A DNA stretch of 64,000 bases from an uncultured Candidatus Actinomarina sp. (lineage in GTDB: Bacteria; Actinomycetota; Acidimicrobiia; Actinomarinales; Actinomarinaceae): assembly GCA_902613615.1 (NCBI GenBank), contig CACMHQ010000002.1:80028-144027 (forward strand), read 5' to 3'. Positions within the stretch are counted from its first letter, which is position 1. Each line of letters opens with the position of its first letter. Positions 20,804-30,304 of the stretch are shown here, in pieces. A program made the translations under genes and the position numbers. The notes under the pieces are model-generated. The model was not told the origin of the DNA, did not search any database, and saw only the letters and a list, made by a program, of their open reading frames with translations.

Positions 20804-21512
20804 AACTGTTTTAGAATGTAATGGAATTGCAGCAGGATATGTAAAGGGACTGAATATTCTTCAGGGCGTTGATTTAGTAATAAACGAAAAAGAGATTGTA
20901 TCAATCATTGGACCAAACGGTGCAGGTAAATCAACCCTATTAAAAGCAATTATGGGAATAATTAATGTTTCAGCTGGTAGGTTTTTTATCAACGGTGTTG
21001 AAAAAACTGACACACCTACACACAAAATTGTTGAACAGGGTGTTGCATATGTTCCGCAAGTAGAAAATGTATTTCCTTCTTTGACAATTGAGGAAAATAT
21101 TGAAATAGGATCTTGGACAGTAAATAAAAATAAAAAGGAAACAATTTCTCAAACATTAGAACAATTCTCATTATTAAAAGATAGAAGAAAAGAGAAGGCA
21201 GGAAACCTATCAGGTGGGCAAAGACAAATCCTTGCTCTGGCAAGAGCATTAGTTACATCTCCATCGTTGTTGCTTCTTGATGAACCATCAGCAGGTTTAT
21301 CTCCTGTGGCGATAGAAGAAGTGTTTGAAACAGTAAAAGAAATAAACGATAAAGGTGTTGCAATCCTTTTAGTTGAGCAAAATGCAAAAAGAGCACTTAA
21401 TTTTAGCAATCGAGGTTATGTGCTTGATCAAGGAAGAAACGCATATCAAGGTCAAGGAGAAGATCTTCTTAATGACCCAAGAGTAGTTGACTTATATTTA
21501 GGGAAGCTCTAA
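20796..21512 (+). CDS. livF: branched-chain amino acid ABC transporter ATP-binding protein
   Basis: Walker A GPNGAGKST, signature LSGGQRQILALARAL. Length 238 aa. Confidence 0.9.
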   Translation: MNKTVLECNGIAAGYVKGLNILQGVDLVINEKEIVSIIGPNGAGKSTLLKAIMGIINVSAGRFFINGVEKTDTPTHKIVEQGVAYVPQVENVFPSLTIEENIEIGSWTVNKNKKETISQTLEQFSLLKDRRKEKAGNLSGGQRQILALARALVTSPSLLLLDEPSAGLSPVAIEEVFETVKEINDKGVAILLVEQNAKRALNFSNRGYVLDQGRNAYQGQGEDLLNDPRVVDLYLGKL

Positions 21513-21518
21513 AAAAAA

Positions 21519-21541
21519 AGAGCCTGTCAATGACAGGCTCT
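21519..21541. terminator. bidirectional intrinsic terminator (11-bp perfect stem AGAGCCTGTCA/TGACAGGCTCT)
   Basis: Stem-loop flanked by A9 upstream and a T-rich tract downstream. It lies between the convergent livF and livJ genes. Confidence 0.8.
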
Positions 21542-21559
21542 TCTAAAATTTAATTAATT

Positions 21560-22855
21560 TTATGATCCAAAATCTACTGATTTTAGAACTGGGTTAGTGT
21601 CACCATCTGTTGTCCAAATGTCATATGTAGCAGCAGTTGGGTCACCAGCTTGATTTAATTCAATCTCACCGGAAGCTCCAACATAGTCTACATCAACACC
21701 GTCAGCAGCTAGTGCAATACAGCTAACTCCAATACATTTTTCTCCACCAGATGATGCTTCTACTAGTCCTGAAGCAATTTCAGGTCCAGTAACACCATTT
21801 GCAGCAGCAGATATTGCCATCAACATGACAGCATCATATGCTTGCGGAGCAAAAATAAATGTTGGTGATCCATCAGCACTTACTCCTGCATAAGCAGCTT
21901 CAAAAGCATCTTTTGCTTCTCCAGCTGCAGAACCAGGTGCAGTACCTTTAAATCCATCAAGTGCGGTACCAAGTCCACATAATGACGCAAGACCAGCATC
22001 TTTAACACCGTCGGTCATGTACCAAGGTGAATCTAGCAATCCTTGCTCGAAAGCAGGTTGTAATACTCCACAACCAGTTTCAGGGAACAAGATACCAACA
22101 ATAGCGTCAGCAGCACCTTTACCTAAGGCTGTTACTTCTGCACTAAAGTCTGAAGCATCTGTAGCGTGATAAACAATTGTCTTAACTGTTCCACCTGCAT
22201 CTTCAAACGCAGCAGCAGTAGCTTCTGCTAGACCTCTACCATAAGAGTCTGCTCTTGAAATAATTGAAACTGATCCAACACCATCTTCAACAAGTAATGA
22301 AGCTAAAACCTCACCTTGTAAAAGATCTGAAGGAGCAGTTCTTGCATAAAATCCTTTTTTATCCATTTTGGTAAATTGAGGACTTGTATTTGATGGAGAT
22401 ACCATCACAACCTCTGCAGCAATTGCAGTGTCAAGAATTGCTAAAGAAGTACCACTACATGCAGCACCCATAACACCTTGTGCACCTTGTGCAATTACAT
22501 CATTGAGACTTGTTAAGGCTACAGCTCCATCACAACCACTGTCGCCTTCTATTAAGACAACATCTTGGCCGTTAATACCGCCAGCAGCATTTATTTGCTG
22601 TACAGCGAGAGCAGCTCCTAGTGCAATACCAGGTCCTAGAGATGCCAGATCACCAGATAAAGGCATCAATGATGCCAATACAAGTGGGTCACCCGCAGGA
22701 GCAGCTGTAGTAGTAGGAGCGGCTGTTGTTGCAGGAGCTTCAGTAGTTTCAACTACTTCTTCTACATCATCAGATCCGCCAGATCCTGAACCACCACAGG
22801 CAGCAGCGACAAGCGCTAAAACCGCAAACAAAGCTAGAGCTTTGCGATTTCTCAT
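21560..22855 (-). CDS. livJ: branched-chain amino acid ABC transporter substrate-binding lipoprotein (LivJ/LivK family)
   Basis: Signal peptide plus lipobox (LVAAACGGS), a Pro/Thr/Ala-rich linker, then a periplasmic binding protein type I fold (LASLMPLSGDLASLG...). Convergent with livHMGF. Confidence 0.85.
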   Translation of the reverse strand: MRNRKALALFAVLALVAAACGGSGSGGSDDVEEVVETTEAPATTAAPTTTAAPAGDPLVLASLMPLSGDLASLGPGIALGAALAVQQINAAGGINGQDVVLIEGDSGCDGAVALTSLNDVIAQGAQGVMGAACSGTSLAILDTAIAAEVVMVSPSNTSPQFTKMDKKGFYARTAPSDLLQGEVLASLLVEDGVGSVSIISRADSYGRGLAEATAAAFEDAGGTVKTIVYHATDASDFSAEVTALGKGAADAIVGILFPETGCGVLQPAFEQGLLDSPWYMTDGVKDAGLASLCGLGTALDGFKGTAPGSAAGEAKDAFEAAYAGVSADGSPTFIFAPQAYDAVMLMAISAAANGVTGPEIASGLVEASSGGEKCIGVSCIALAADGVDVDYVGASGEIELNQAGDPTAATYDIWTTDGDTNPVLKSVDFGS

Positions 22856-22864
22856 ATAATTTCC

Positions 22865-22879
22865 TTTCAGTCACTGAAA
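22865..22879. promoter_or_regulatory. palindrome TTTCAGT-C-ACTGAAA in the livJ / CAP-protein divergent intergenic region
   Basis: Perfect 7-bp inverted repeat read from the sequence. Candidate operator. Confidence 0.3.
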
Positions 22880-22886
22880 TTAAAAA

Positions 22887-22908
22887 ATTCCTACATATTT
22901 GTAGGAAT
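22887..22908. promoter_or_regulatory. palindrome ATTCCTACA-TATT-TGTAGGAAT in the same intergenic region
   Basis: Perfect 9-bp inverted repeat with a 4-bp spacer. It overlaps the annotated ATG of the downstream CDS, so the real start is probably the Met at 22970. Confidence 0.35.
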
Positions 22909-23983
22909 GTATAACAACAATAGCGTAATTTGTGTACTCTTCAATAGCAGAAGCAAAAAATTTAAAAAAATGGTTGAAAATTTAGAAAATTTGTTAACTT
23001 TTCTTAATAATTTAGATTATTTAGACATATTCATATATATCTTTATTGTTTATCTTATTTATTTCGGATGGAAAAAAGGCTCTGTATTAATAATTTATTA
23101 TTTGATAGCTTTTCTTATATCAATCTATTTAAGTTTCACTTATTCCTTTTCGATTGGTGAATATATAAGTGGCTGGCTTAATTCCAACCAGCAAACTTCA
23201 CAAATTTTTGCAGGTGTCGCAATATTCATTACAATCTTGACATTAAGTTCAATTTTTCAAAATTTAATTTATAGGGAGGGATCTAAAAAAGATATAGGAA
23301 ATAAGCTATTGGGAAGCATTACCTCTATTGTTTTGAGCAATTTAGTTCTTACATTTATGTTTACAATTTTATCTCTTCTTTCCTTACCAAAATATGTACA
23401 GGAAAATATTGATCAGTCAAATATTGTATCGTTTTATCTGAATTCTGAAGGAGTTCCCCAACAAACACTCGAAGTAATTACAGGTACAGATTTATTAAAA
23501 GTTACTTCAAGAATTAAGGAACTAACAGGCAGCACCTCTATTTCGTTAGATGAATCAGGATGTCTTGAAATCCCTTCTTTTACTCAATCAAAATTAATGT
23601 CCAAAACAAGTGAAACTAAAGAGTTGTTTGAAATGGTTAATATCGAAAGAATAAATGTAAATTCTGATCCATTGGAGTTCTCTCAAACATTATCGAATAT
23701 TGCAGAAAATTATGCAAAAAAAATGTACACAGAGGGTTTCTGGTGTCACAAAGATCCAAACAATGGATATTTAGTTACTGAAAGACTTTTAGAAGTAGGT
23801 TATCCACCACCAAAATTTATTGGCGAAAATTTAGCAATGGCATCAACAATTTATTCTGGTCATCAGAGCCTAATGAATTCTGAATCACATAGAGCGACAA
23901 TAGTAGATAATGAATTTAAACGTATCGGTCTTGGAATAGTGTCTGGTCCAAATGGTTTAATTATTGTTCAAATATTTGCATGA
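22907..23983 (+). CDS. membrane protein with C-terminal CAP (SCP/PR-1-like, YkwD-type) domain
   Basis: N-terminal polytopic region (4-5 TM). The C-terminal sequence YAKKMYTEGFWCHKDPNNGY...GENLA...HRATIVDNEFKRIGLGIV matches the CAP domain. The start may be the internal Met (MVENLEN, 22970). Confidence 0.75.
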   Translation: MYNNNSVICVLFNSRSKKFKKMVENLENLLTFLNNLDYLDIFIYIFIVYLIYFGWKKGSVLIIYYLIAFLISIYLSFTYSFSIGEYISGWLNSNQQTSQIFAGVAIFITILTLSSIFQNLIYREGSKKDIGNKLLGSITSIVLSNLVLTFMFTILSLLSLPKYVQENIDQSNIVSFYLNSEGVPQQTLEVITGTDLLKVTSRIKELTGSTSISLDESGCLEIPSFTQSKLMSKTSETKELFEMVNIERINVNSDPLEFSQTLSNIAENYAKKMYTEGFWCHKDPNNGYLVTERLLEVGYPPPKFIGENLAMASTIYSGHQSLMNSESHRATIVDNEFKRIGLGIVSGPNGLIIVQIFA

Positions 23984-24279
23984 TAAATTTAGAAATGACT
24001 TCTTTTGCAAAAATTCTCTGTAAAGGTTTAAAACAGTATTTAAAAAATGAGAATATCAAAATCAATGACGTAGATTTTCAAGAATTAGAAAATAAATTAA
24101 TTAATGAGTTTAATCTTCCTTATTCTGATCAAACACAAACTCCAACTCAATTATTAAACAACTTTACCAAAACAATTTACAAATTTGAAAAAGTTATTAC
24201 TCCTCAAGATTTAGGCGTTGAAGCTCATGAGCAGATTATGGTTTGGGGTGTTTTAAAAGCTCAAAATTACAATGATTAA
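23980..24279 (+). CDS. hypothetical protein (99 aa)
   Basis: ATGA-coupled to both neighbours, so presumably co-transcribed. No recognisable family. Confidence 0.5.
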   Translation: MINLEMTSFAKILCKGLKQYLKNENIKINDVDFQELENKLINEFNLPYSDQTQTPTQLLNNFTKTIYKFEKVITPQDLGVEAHEQIMVWGVLKAQNYND

Positions 24280-25552
24280 TACTGTTAGAAAAGATATCTG
24301 GATTAATTCTTATCCTATTTTTTTGTGGCTAGCCCTAGAACCGATAGTAGGCTTAATTGATTCAAAGATAGCTAGTGTTATAAATTTAGATACGCTTTCT
24401 GCAATTGGTATAGGAGAAACGATTTATTTTGTTTTTATTTGGGTTTTTATTTTTCTAGCATACGGAACAACACCACTTGTTTCCTCTCTCAATACTAAAA
24501 ATGAAATCAATAAATTGAATTACTTTATAAATTTTGGAAGAAATGTTTCTATATTGCTAGGTTTAGGATCATTTTTAATTTTGTACGTAAGTAGTGGTAA
24601 TTTAATTTCAACTTTTCAACCAACTCCAAATATCCAGCTACTTTCCTCTGATTATTTAGTCTTTCGATGTATTGGACTACCATTTTATTTGGTAAATATG
24701 CACTCCACTGCAGTACTTAGGGGTTTAAAGTATGCAAAAATTACTTTTTATAGCGCATTAATAGTATCAATCTCAAATATATTTTTTAGCTTATTTTTTG
24801 GACTGTTTCTAGGATTTGGTGCTGGTGGGATTGGGTTTGCTAGTTCTCTTGCTTTTTTTTGTGCTTCAATTTATTCAACAATAATTTTAAAAAAACAGTT
24901 AAACAATATTCCCTCCTCTAAAGAGGCAATAGACAAACCTAGTTTGCGAAAAAAATTTTTTAGCGTCGGAATATATATTTTGATTAGATCACTATTTCTT
25001 ACCTTGTTCATGGCATATTTAAGAAATAGAGCTTCCCTAATGTCTATGGAGGAAATAGCCTTGCAACACATTTTGCTTCAGTTATGGTCAGTAGGTTATA
25101 TTTTTGTTGATGCAATTGCGATTGCTTCTCAAACATTAATCTCTGAACTTGTTTCAAAAAAAGAAAAATACCAAAATTCCGGATTACAAAAAGAACTAGT
25201 GTCGGTAACGACAGCGATATCTTTCATCCTTGCAATAATAACTGTTTTATTTTTAGACAATTTTGTTGAAATGTTTGGGGATGACAAATTTGATTTATAC
25301 ATCGATTTACAATTAACAGTTCTTGTTGCTTTAAGTCTATTTATAGGTTGTTACGCATTTCTTTGGGACGGAGTTCTTCTAGGGCTTGATAGGGCTAAAG
25401 AATTTTCTTTTCTTACTGTGGCTTCTTCAGTTTCTGGATTTTTAGTTTGCACTTATCTATTAAGAACACAGAATATAATATCAACACTATGGATTGGTTT
25501 AAATGTTAGTTTGCTATTTAGATCTTTACTTGGATATAAATATCAGAAATAA
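24272..25552 (+). CDS. MATE-family efflux transporter
   Basis: 12-TM protein with a MATE N-terminus (IWINSYPIFLWLALEPIVGLIDSKIASVINLDTLSAIGIG). Confidence 0.75.
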   Translation: MINTVRKDIWINSYPIFLWLALEPIVGLIDSKIASVINLDTLSAIGIGETIYFVFIWVFIFLAYGTTPLVSSLNTKNEINKLNYFINFGRNVSILLGLGSFLILYVSSGNLISTFQPTPNIQLLSSDYLVFRCIGLPFYLVNMHSTAVLRGLKYAKITFYSALIVSISNIFFSLFFGLFLGFGAGGIGFASSLAFFCASIYSTIILKKQLNNIPSSKEAIDKPSLRKKFFSVGIYILIRSLFLTLFMAYLRNRASLMSMEEIALQHILLQLWSVGYIFVDAIAIASQTLISELVSKKEKYQNSGLQKELVSVTTAISFILAIITVLFLDNFVEMFGDDKFDLYIDLQLTVLVALSLFIGCYAFLWDGVLLGLDRAKEFSFLTVASSVSGFLVCTYLLRTQNIISTLWIGLNVSLLFRSLLGYKYQK

Positions 25553-25553
25553 A

Positions 25554-26219
25554 TTATTTGACTGCTTTAAGAACAGGTCTTTCTAAGTAGTAACTTAGTA
25601 TTTGTAATTCTTGTGAGAGGTCGACAGATCTAATTTGAACATCTGGAATATTCTTTAACAATACCGGAGCGAAATTTAAAATTGACTTTACCCCACAGTC
25701 AACTAACTGATCTGCAATTTCTTGAGCAACTTTTCCAGGTGTTGCAATAATGCCAATCGCAACATTGTACTTTTCACAAACACTTTTAACATCAGATGTT
25801 GGTTTAACTACAAGGCCAGCTATTTGTTTATTGATTTTTTTTGGATCATCATCAAATAGTCCCACAACACCAAATCCTCGTTCTTGAAATCCTCCATAAT
25901 GTGCAAGTGCTGATCCAAGGTTACCAACTCCAACTATTACAGCGCTCCATCCTTCGACTAAACCAAGTTCTAATTGAATCTGATTTCTCAATGTTGAAAT
26001 ATCATATCCTACACCTCTAGTTCCTAGTGTGCCTAAATATGATAAATCTCTACGAACTTGAGCATCATTAACTTTTGCAATTTCTGCTAATTTTTTGGAA
26101 GAAATACCAATATTTTGTTCATCAATTTGTTCTAAGCATTGAAGATATAGAGGTAATCTCTTTACTGTTGCTGGTGGTATATTGCTATTTTCTTTCACTA
26201 ATGCACAATCTAATAACAA
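25554..26219 (-). CDS. rex: redox-sensing transcriptional repressor Rex
   Basis: N-terminal wHTH (RLPLYLQCLEQ...SSKKLAEIAKVNDAQVRRDLSYLG), GTRGVGYD, and a Rossmann NADH-binding motif (VIVGVGNLGSAL). Confidence 0.92.
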   Translation of the reverse strand: MLLDCALVKENSNIPPATVKRLPLYLQCLEQIDEQNIGISSKKLAEIAKVNDAQVRRDLSYLGTLGTRGVGYDISTLRNQIQLELGLVEGWSAVIVGVGNLGSALAHYGGFQERGFGVVGLFDDDPKKINKQIAGLVVKPTSDVKSVCEKYNVAIGIIATPGKVAQEIADQLVDCGVKSILNFAPVLLKNIPDVQIRSVDLSQELQILSYYLERPVLKAVK

Positions 26220-26310
26220 TATAAAAATAAGGTAAATTACATTAAAAATATTTTATTTTTACTTAAATTTATGATTTATTAATAAATAAGGTATTTTTAG
26301 GTCATAAATC

Positions 26311-27600
26311 ATGAAAAATAAGGAAATATTCGATGTTTTAATTGTAGGGGCAGGTCCTTCTGGTTCTAATACTGCAATTTCTTACAAAAATTTAAATCCT
26401 GATTTAAAAGTTGGAATTGTTGACAAAGCTATTTTTCCAAGAGATAAATCTTGTGGTGATGCAATTGGTCCTGGGGTCATTAATGCTTTAAAAAGATTTA
26501 ACAATGAACATATACTTGACGGTGAACCTGAGGTTATCTCAACATCTTTATTTGGTCCCGATAATATAGGAATCCAAAATTATATTCCAAAAGTTAAAAA
26601 CAAAGATGATTCCGTTGTTTACGTTATTCCAAGATATGAACTCGATAATAGAATTTTTGAAATTGCAAAAAATCTCGACGTACATTCATATGAGGGTGTT
26701 AGGTACTTAAATTATGAACAAACTGAAAATGAAGATATTTTAAAAGTAGAGATCGAAAATAGTGATAAAGAAAAAAACTTCTTATTCACAAAATTGTTGG
26801 TAGGTGCAGATGGTGCAAATTCAAGAGTTAGAAAAAGTTTAGATTTAAAACAAAATAGTGACATACACAAAGCAATTGCTATTAGAGCCTATATTGACAG
26901 TCCAAATTATTTAGAAATATTTAAAGAAAGAACACTTATGTTTGAAATCAATGTTTCAGCATTAAAAGGTTATGCTTGGGCATTCCCTAGTAAAGGTAAT
27001 TTAATAAATATTGGTATTGGTATGCCATTAAATTTATTTAAAAAAGACAAAATGGATATTAATGAAATGCTTGATAGCTTTATAAGTACATTGGAATCCA
27101 AAGGAGTAATTGTTGATAACCTAAGGATGGAAAAAAGTTATATGCTTCCATTTGCATCCTCTAGACCAAAACTTGCGCATGATAAAGTAGCTCTTGTCGG
27201 AGATGCCGGTTCAATGATCAACCCCATGAGTGGAGAAGGTATTTTTTACGGTATGGAGGCAGGATATTTACTTGCAAAAGAAACATTCGGTTCATTAAAT
27301 TCCAACAAAAAAAATAATTTAAATAATAATTTAAAAAAATATGAAAGAGCCTTAAATAAAAGATTTGGAATGCATTTTCTTAGCTGTACGGTTGCTCGAC
27401 TAGTTTTGCAAAGTCCATTTATGACAAAGAGATTACTTAAAATTGCATCTGTTGATAAAAACACTATTAATTTTGTTGTTGAACTCTTGTTTGATGAGGC
27501 AAGATTGACAATTAAAGAGACTTTTTCGCTAGCTTTTAAATTCATTTTACCCTTTAGAACAGTAAGGTTTTTTAGTAAATCTCCAGCCTTTTCCCTATAA
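26311..27600 (+). CDS. geranylgeranyl reductase family FAD-dependent oxidoreductase (possibly a menaquinone side-chain reductase, MenJ-like)
   Basis: FAD motif VLIVGAGPSGS, DKAIFPRDKSCGD, and VGADGANSRVRK, typical of the geranylgeranyl reductase family. The MenJ-like function is a guess based on actinobacterial context. Confidence 0.75.
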   Translation: MKNKEIFDVLIVGAGPSGSNTAISYKNLNPDLKVGIVDKAIFPRDKSCGDAIGPGVINALKRFNNEHILDGEPEVISTSLFGPDNIGIQNYIPKVKNKDDSVVYVIPRYELDNRIFEIAKNLDVHSYEGVRYLNYEQTENEDILKVEIENSDKEKNFLFTKLLVGADGANSRVRKSLDLKQNSDIHKAIAIRAYIDSPNYLEIFKERTLMFEINVSALKGYAWAFPSKGNLINIGIGMPLNLFKKDKMDINEMLDSFISTLESKGVIVDNLRMEKSYMLPFASSRPKLAHDKVALVGDAGSMINPMSGEGIFYGMEAGYLLAKETFGSLNSNKKNNLNNNLKKYERALNKRFGMHFLSCTVARLVLQSPFMTKRLLKIASVDKNTINFVVELLFDEARLTIKETFSLAFKFILPFRTVRFFSKSPAFSL

Positions 27601-27636
27601 CAAAAAGCAAAATCAGTACTAAAATGAAATAGTACA

Positions 27637-27654
27637 TTGTGAAATATTTCACAA
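27637..27654. promoter_or_regulatory. Rex operator TTGTGAAATATTTCACAA (perfect TTGTGAA-N4-TTCACAA palindrome)
   Basis: Exact match to the Rex-box consensus. It lies 13 nt upstream of the nuoA GTG and just upstream of the SD GGGAGGG. rex is encoded 1.4 kb upstream. Confidence 0.8.
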
Positions 27655-27667
27655 ATAGGGAGGGAAT

Positions 27668-28078
27668 GTGATTAATTGGTTACCAATTTTGGTAATGCTA
27701 TTTATTGGTATTGGTTTTGCAATTGCTTCACTTGGGGTCAGCTATCTTTTATCTCCTAAAAACCCAACACCTGAAAAATTAACACCTTATGAGTCTGGCA
27801 TTTTCCCCGAAGAAGAGCCCTCACAGAGATTTCCAGTCAAATTTTATATGGTCGCTATGTTGTATATTGTTTTCGATATTGAAATAATATTTCTTTTAGC
27901 CTGGGCAACACGATTTGAGCAACTTGGCTGGTACGGAATAGTTGTTATTTTCATATTTACATTCTTTGTACTTGAGACACTTTATTATGTCTGGAAAAGA
28001 AATGTTCTTGATTGGAATGTTCCAAGAAGACAAAGATATCATGATCCAGTTTCTAACTATGAAGGAGGAAATGAATAA
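27668..28078 (+). CDS. nuoA: NADH-quinone oxidoreductase subunit A (operon 1)
   Basis: GTG start with strong SD. NuoA motif YESGI...[18 protein letters not shown]. Confidence 0.9.
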   Translation: MINWLPILVMLFIGIGFAIASLGVSYLLSPKNPTPEKLTPYESGIFPEEEPSQRFPVKFYMVAMLYIVFDIEIIFLLAWATRFEQLGWYGIVVIFIFTFFVLETLYYVWKRNVLDWNVPRRQRYHDPVSNYEGGNE

Positions 28079-28539
28079 TGTTTTCTCCTGATAATATTTT
28101 CACAACAACTATTGATAAAGCCGTGCGTTGGTCAAGAACACAATCCATGTGGCCTGTTACTTTTGGACTTGCATGCTGCGCTATTGAAATGATGGCTGCA
28201 GGATCTGCAAAATACGATTTGGCAAGATATGGAATGGAGGTATTTAGGGCATCACCAAGACAGGCTGATTTAATGATAGTTGCTGGTAGAGTTTCTCAAA
28301 AAATGGCACCAGTATTGAGACAAGTTTATGACCAAATGGCAGAGCCAAAGTGGGTAATAGCAATGGGTGCTTGCTCTTCTACTGGGGGGATGTTTAATAA
28401 CTATGCCCTTGTACAAGGTGTTGACCACATAGTTCCTGTAGATATATATGTACCTGGATGTCCACCTGGACCACAATCATTAATGCACGGAATCCTAACA
28501 CTTCATCAAAAAATTATGGATAGAGAGATAAATAGATAA
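28078..28539 (+). CDS. nuoB: NADH-quinone oxidoreductase subunit B
   Basis: N2-cluster ligands [26 protein letters not shown]. Confidence 0.93.
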   Translation: MFSPDNIFTTTIDKAVRWSRTQSMWPVTFGLACCAIEMMAAGSAKYDLARYGMEVFRASPRQADLMIVAGRVSQKMAPVLRQVYDQMAEPKWVIAMGACSSTGGMFNNYALVQGVDHIVPVDIYVPGCPPGPQSLMHGILTLHQKIMDREINR

Positions 28540-28946
28540 TGAAAGAAAATTTAGATATATCAATTGAAGATTATTTTCAAAAAGTCGAAGAGCTGAAAAA
28601 TGATGGATATGAAATGATGGTCGATTTAACTGCTATTGATTGGTTCAGAAAAAAAGAACCTAGGTTTGAAGTAGTTGTAAACTTTCTCTCCGTTTCAAAA
28701 AATAAAAGAATCTCTATCAAAGTCAAATTGAATGATGAGTTAACAATTCCTTCAATCACAAGTCTTTATCCAAGTGCAAATTTTTATGAAAGAGAAGTAT
28801 TTGATATGTTTGGAATTAATTTTGAAAATCATCCTGATTTAACAAGAATTCTCATGCCAGATGATTGGGTTGGACACCCTTTAAGAAAAGATTATGGGAC
28901 AGGAAGAATTCCAGTTCAATTCAAAAATGCACCAAAGGTTGATTAA
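28539..28946 (+). CDS. nuoC: NADH-quinone oxidoreductase subunit C (short form, 135 aa)
   Basis: [40 protein letters not shown]. Confidence 0.88.
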   Translation: MKENLDISIEDYFQKVEELKNDGYEMMVDLTAIDWFRKKEPRFEVVVNFLSVSKNKRISIKVKLNDELTIPSITSLYPSANFYEREVFDMFGINFENHPDLTRILMPDDWVGHPLRKDYGTGRIPVQFKNAPKVD

Positions 28947-30304
28947 TGATGGAAGAAAATAAAGATACTGTAAAAGATGTAGACTTCTGGGCTACAAACT
29001 CAGAAGAAGGTGGATGGAACATTTCTTCAACTGATGAAGGATCTCAAAAAATGTTGGAACAAGAAGATGAAGTAACTACAAAAATTCAAATGGGTTCTGA
29101 AGTTATAGATGACTATTTTATTGACGATGATATTTCTGATGATGAAAGAATGATTTTAAATATGGGGCCTCAGCATCCATCAACACATGGTGTTTTAAGG
29201 TTACAAGTAGAACTTGAAGGAGAAGTGGTAAGAAGAGTACAGCCTGTAATTGGATATCTTCATACTGGAATGGAAAAGACAGGAGAAGAGTTAAATTACT
29301 TTCAAGGACCTACTAACACTACAAGGATGGATTATCTCTCTCCTTTTTTCAATGAACTTGTTTTTTCATTAGCGACTGAAAAATTATTAGATATTGAAGT
29401 CCCTGATAGAGCATCAACAATAAGAATATTAATGACAGAACTAAACCGAATTTCCTCACACCTTGTTGCATTAGCAACTGGTGGAATGGATATTGGAGCA
29501 TTATCAATGATGATTTTTGGGTTTAGAGAAAGAGAATTAATTCTTGATTTTTTCGAAAAGACAACAGGTCTTAGAATGAATCATAACTTTATAAGACCGG
29601 GTGGTGTCGCAGCAGATTTACCAGATAATTGGCAAAAAGATATTGAAAAGATATTGAAAGTTATACCTGAAAAACTAAAAGACTACGATGAAATGCTTTT
29701 AGACAATCCTATTTGGCAGGGAAGACTTAAGAATGTTGGAATATTAACGACTGAAGAATGTTTGGCATACGGAATAACTGGTCCAAGTCTTAGAGCTAGC
29801 GGATATGCATGGGATTTAAGAAAAATGCAACCTTATTCAGGTATAGAAAAATATGAGTTTGATATTCCGGTTTTTGAAGAAGGAGATGTCTTTGCAAGGT
29901 GGAGAATCAAAGTTTTAGAAATTTTTGAAAGTTTAAAGATTGTTGAACAAGCTATGGGAAATATGCCTAAAGGCCCCTTCAAAATTCAAGATAAAAAAAT
30001 AACCCCTCCCCCAAGAAAAAGACTTGATGAGTCAATGGAAGCTTTGATCCACCATTTCAAAATATATACAGAAGGTTTTAAAGTTCCAGAAGGAGAAGTA
30101 TATACGACAGTTGAATCTCCTAGAGGAGAGTTAGGCTGTTTTATTGTTTCAGACGGATCATCAAAACCTTATAGAATGCATGTAAGAGGACCATCCTTCT
30201 GTAATCTTCAAGCTTTACCAGTAGTAATGTCAGACAGTCCAATTGCGGACGCAGTTGCAGCAATAGCCTCTTTAGATCCAGTTTTAGGAGATGTTGACAG
30301 ATGA
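28946..30304 (+). CDS. nuoD: NADH-quinone oxidoreductase subunit D (with an acidic ~40-70 aa N-terminal extension)
   Basis: MILNMGPQHPSTHGVLRL, ...RASGYAWDLRK, and a C-terminal DPVLGDVDR. An alternative start is possible at the internal Met at 29051. Confidence 0.9.
   Translation: MMEENKDTVKDVDFWATNSEEGGWNISSTDEGSQKMLEQEDEVTTKIQMGSEVIDDYFIDDDISDDERMILNMGPQHPSTHGVLRLQVELEGEVVRRVQPVIGYLHTGMEKTGEELNYFQGPTNTTRMDYLSPFFNELVFSLATEKLLDIEVPDRASTIRILMTELNRISSHLVALATGGMDIGALSMMIFGFRERELILDFFEKTTGLRMNHNFIRPGGVAADLPDNWQKDIEKILKVIPEKLKDYDEMLLDNPIWQGRLKNVGILTTEECLAYGITGPSLRASGYAWDLRKMQPYSGIEKYEFDIPVFEEGDVFARWRIKVLEIFESLKIVEQAMGNMPKGPFKIQDKKITPPPRKRLDESMEALIHHFKIYTEGFKVPEGEVYTTVESPRGELGCFIVSDGSSKPYRMHVRGPSFCNLQALPVVMSDSPIADAVAAIASLDPVLGDVDR

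Noticed and set aside
22428-22859. 143-aa ORF on the plus strand inside livJ
   Set aside because: It is antisense to a well-supported SBP gene. The frame stays open only because of the GC-rich Ala/Gly/Thr codon runs of livJ; the product is low complexity (PAAPSA...).
26268-26307. 8-bp inverted repeat ATTTATGA ... TCATAAAT upstream of the geranylgeranyl-reductase-family gene and rex
   Set aside because: The arms are 24 bp apart in an extremely AT-rich spacer. This is a likely chance occurrence, and it does not resemble a Rex box.
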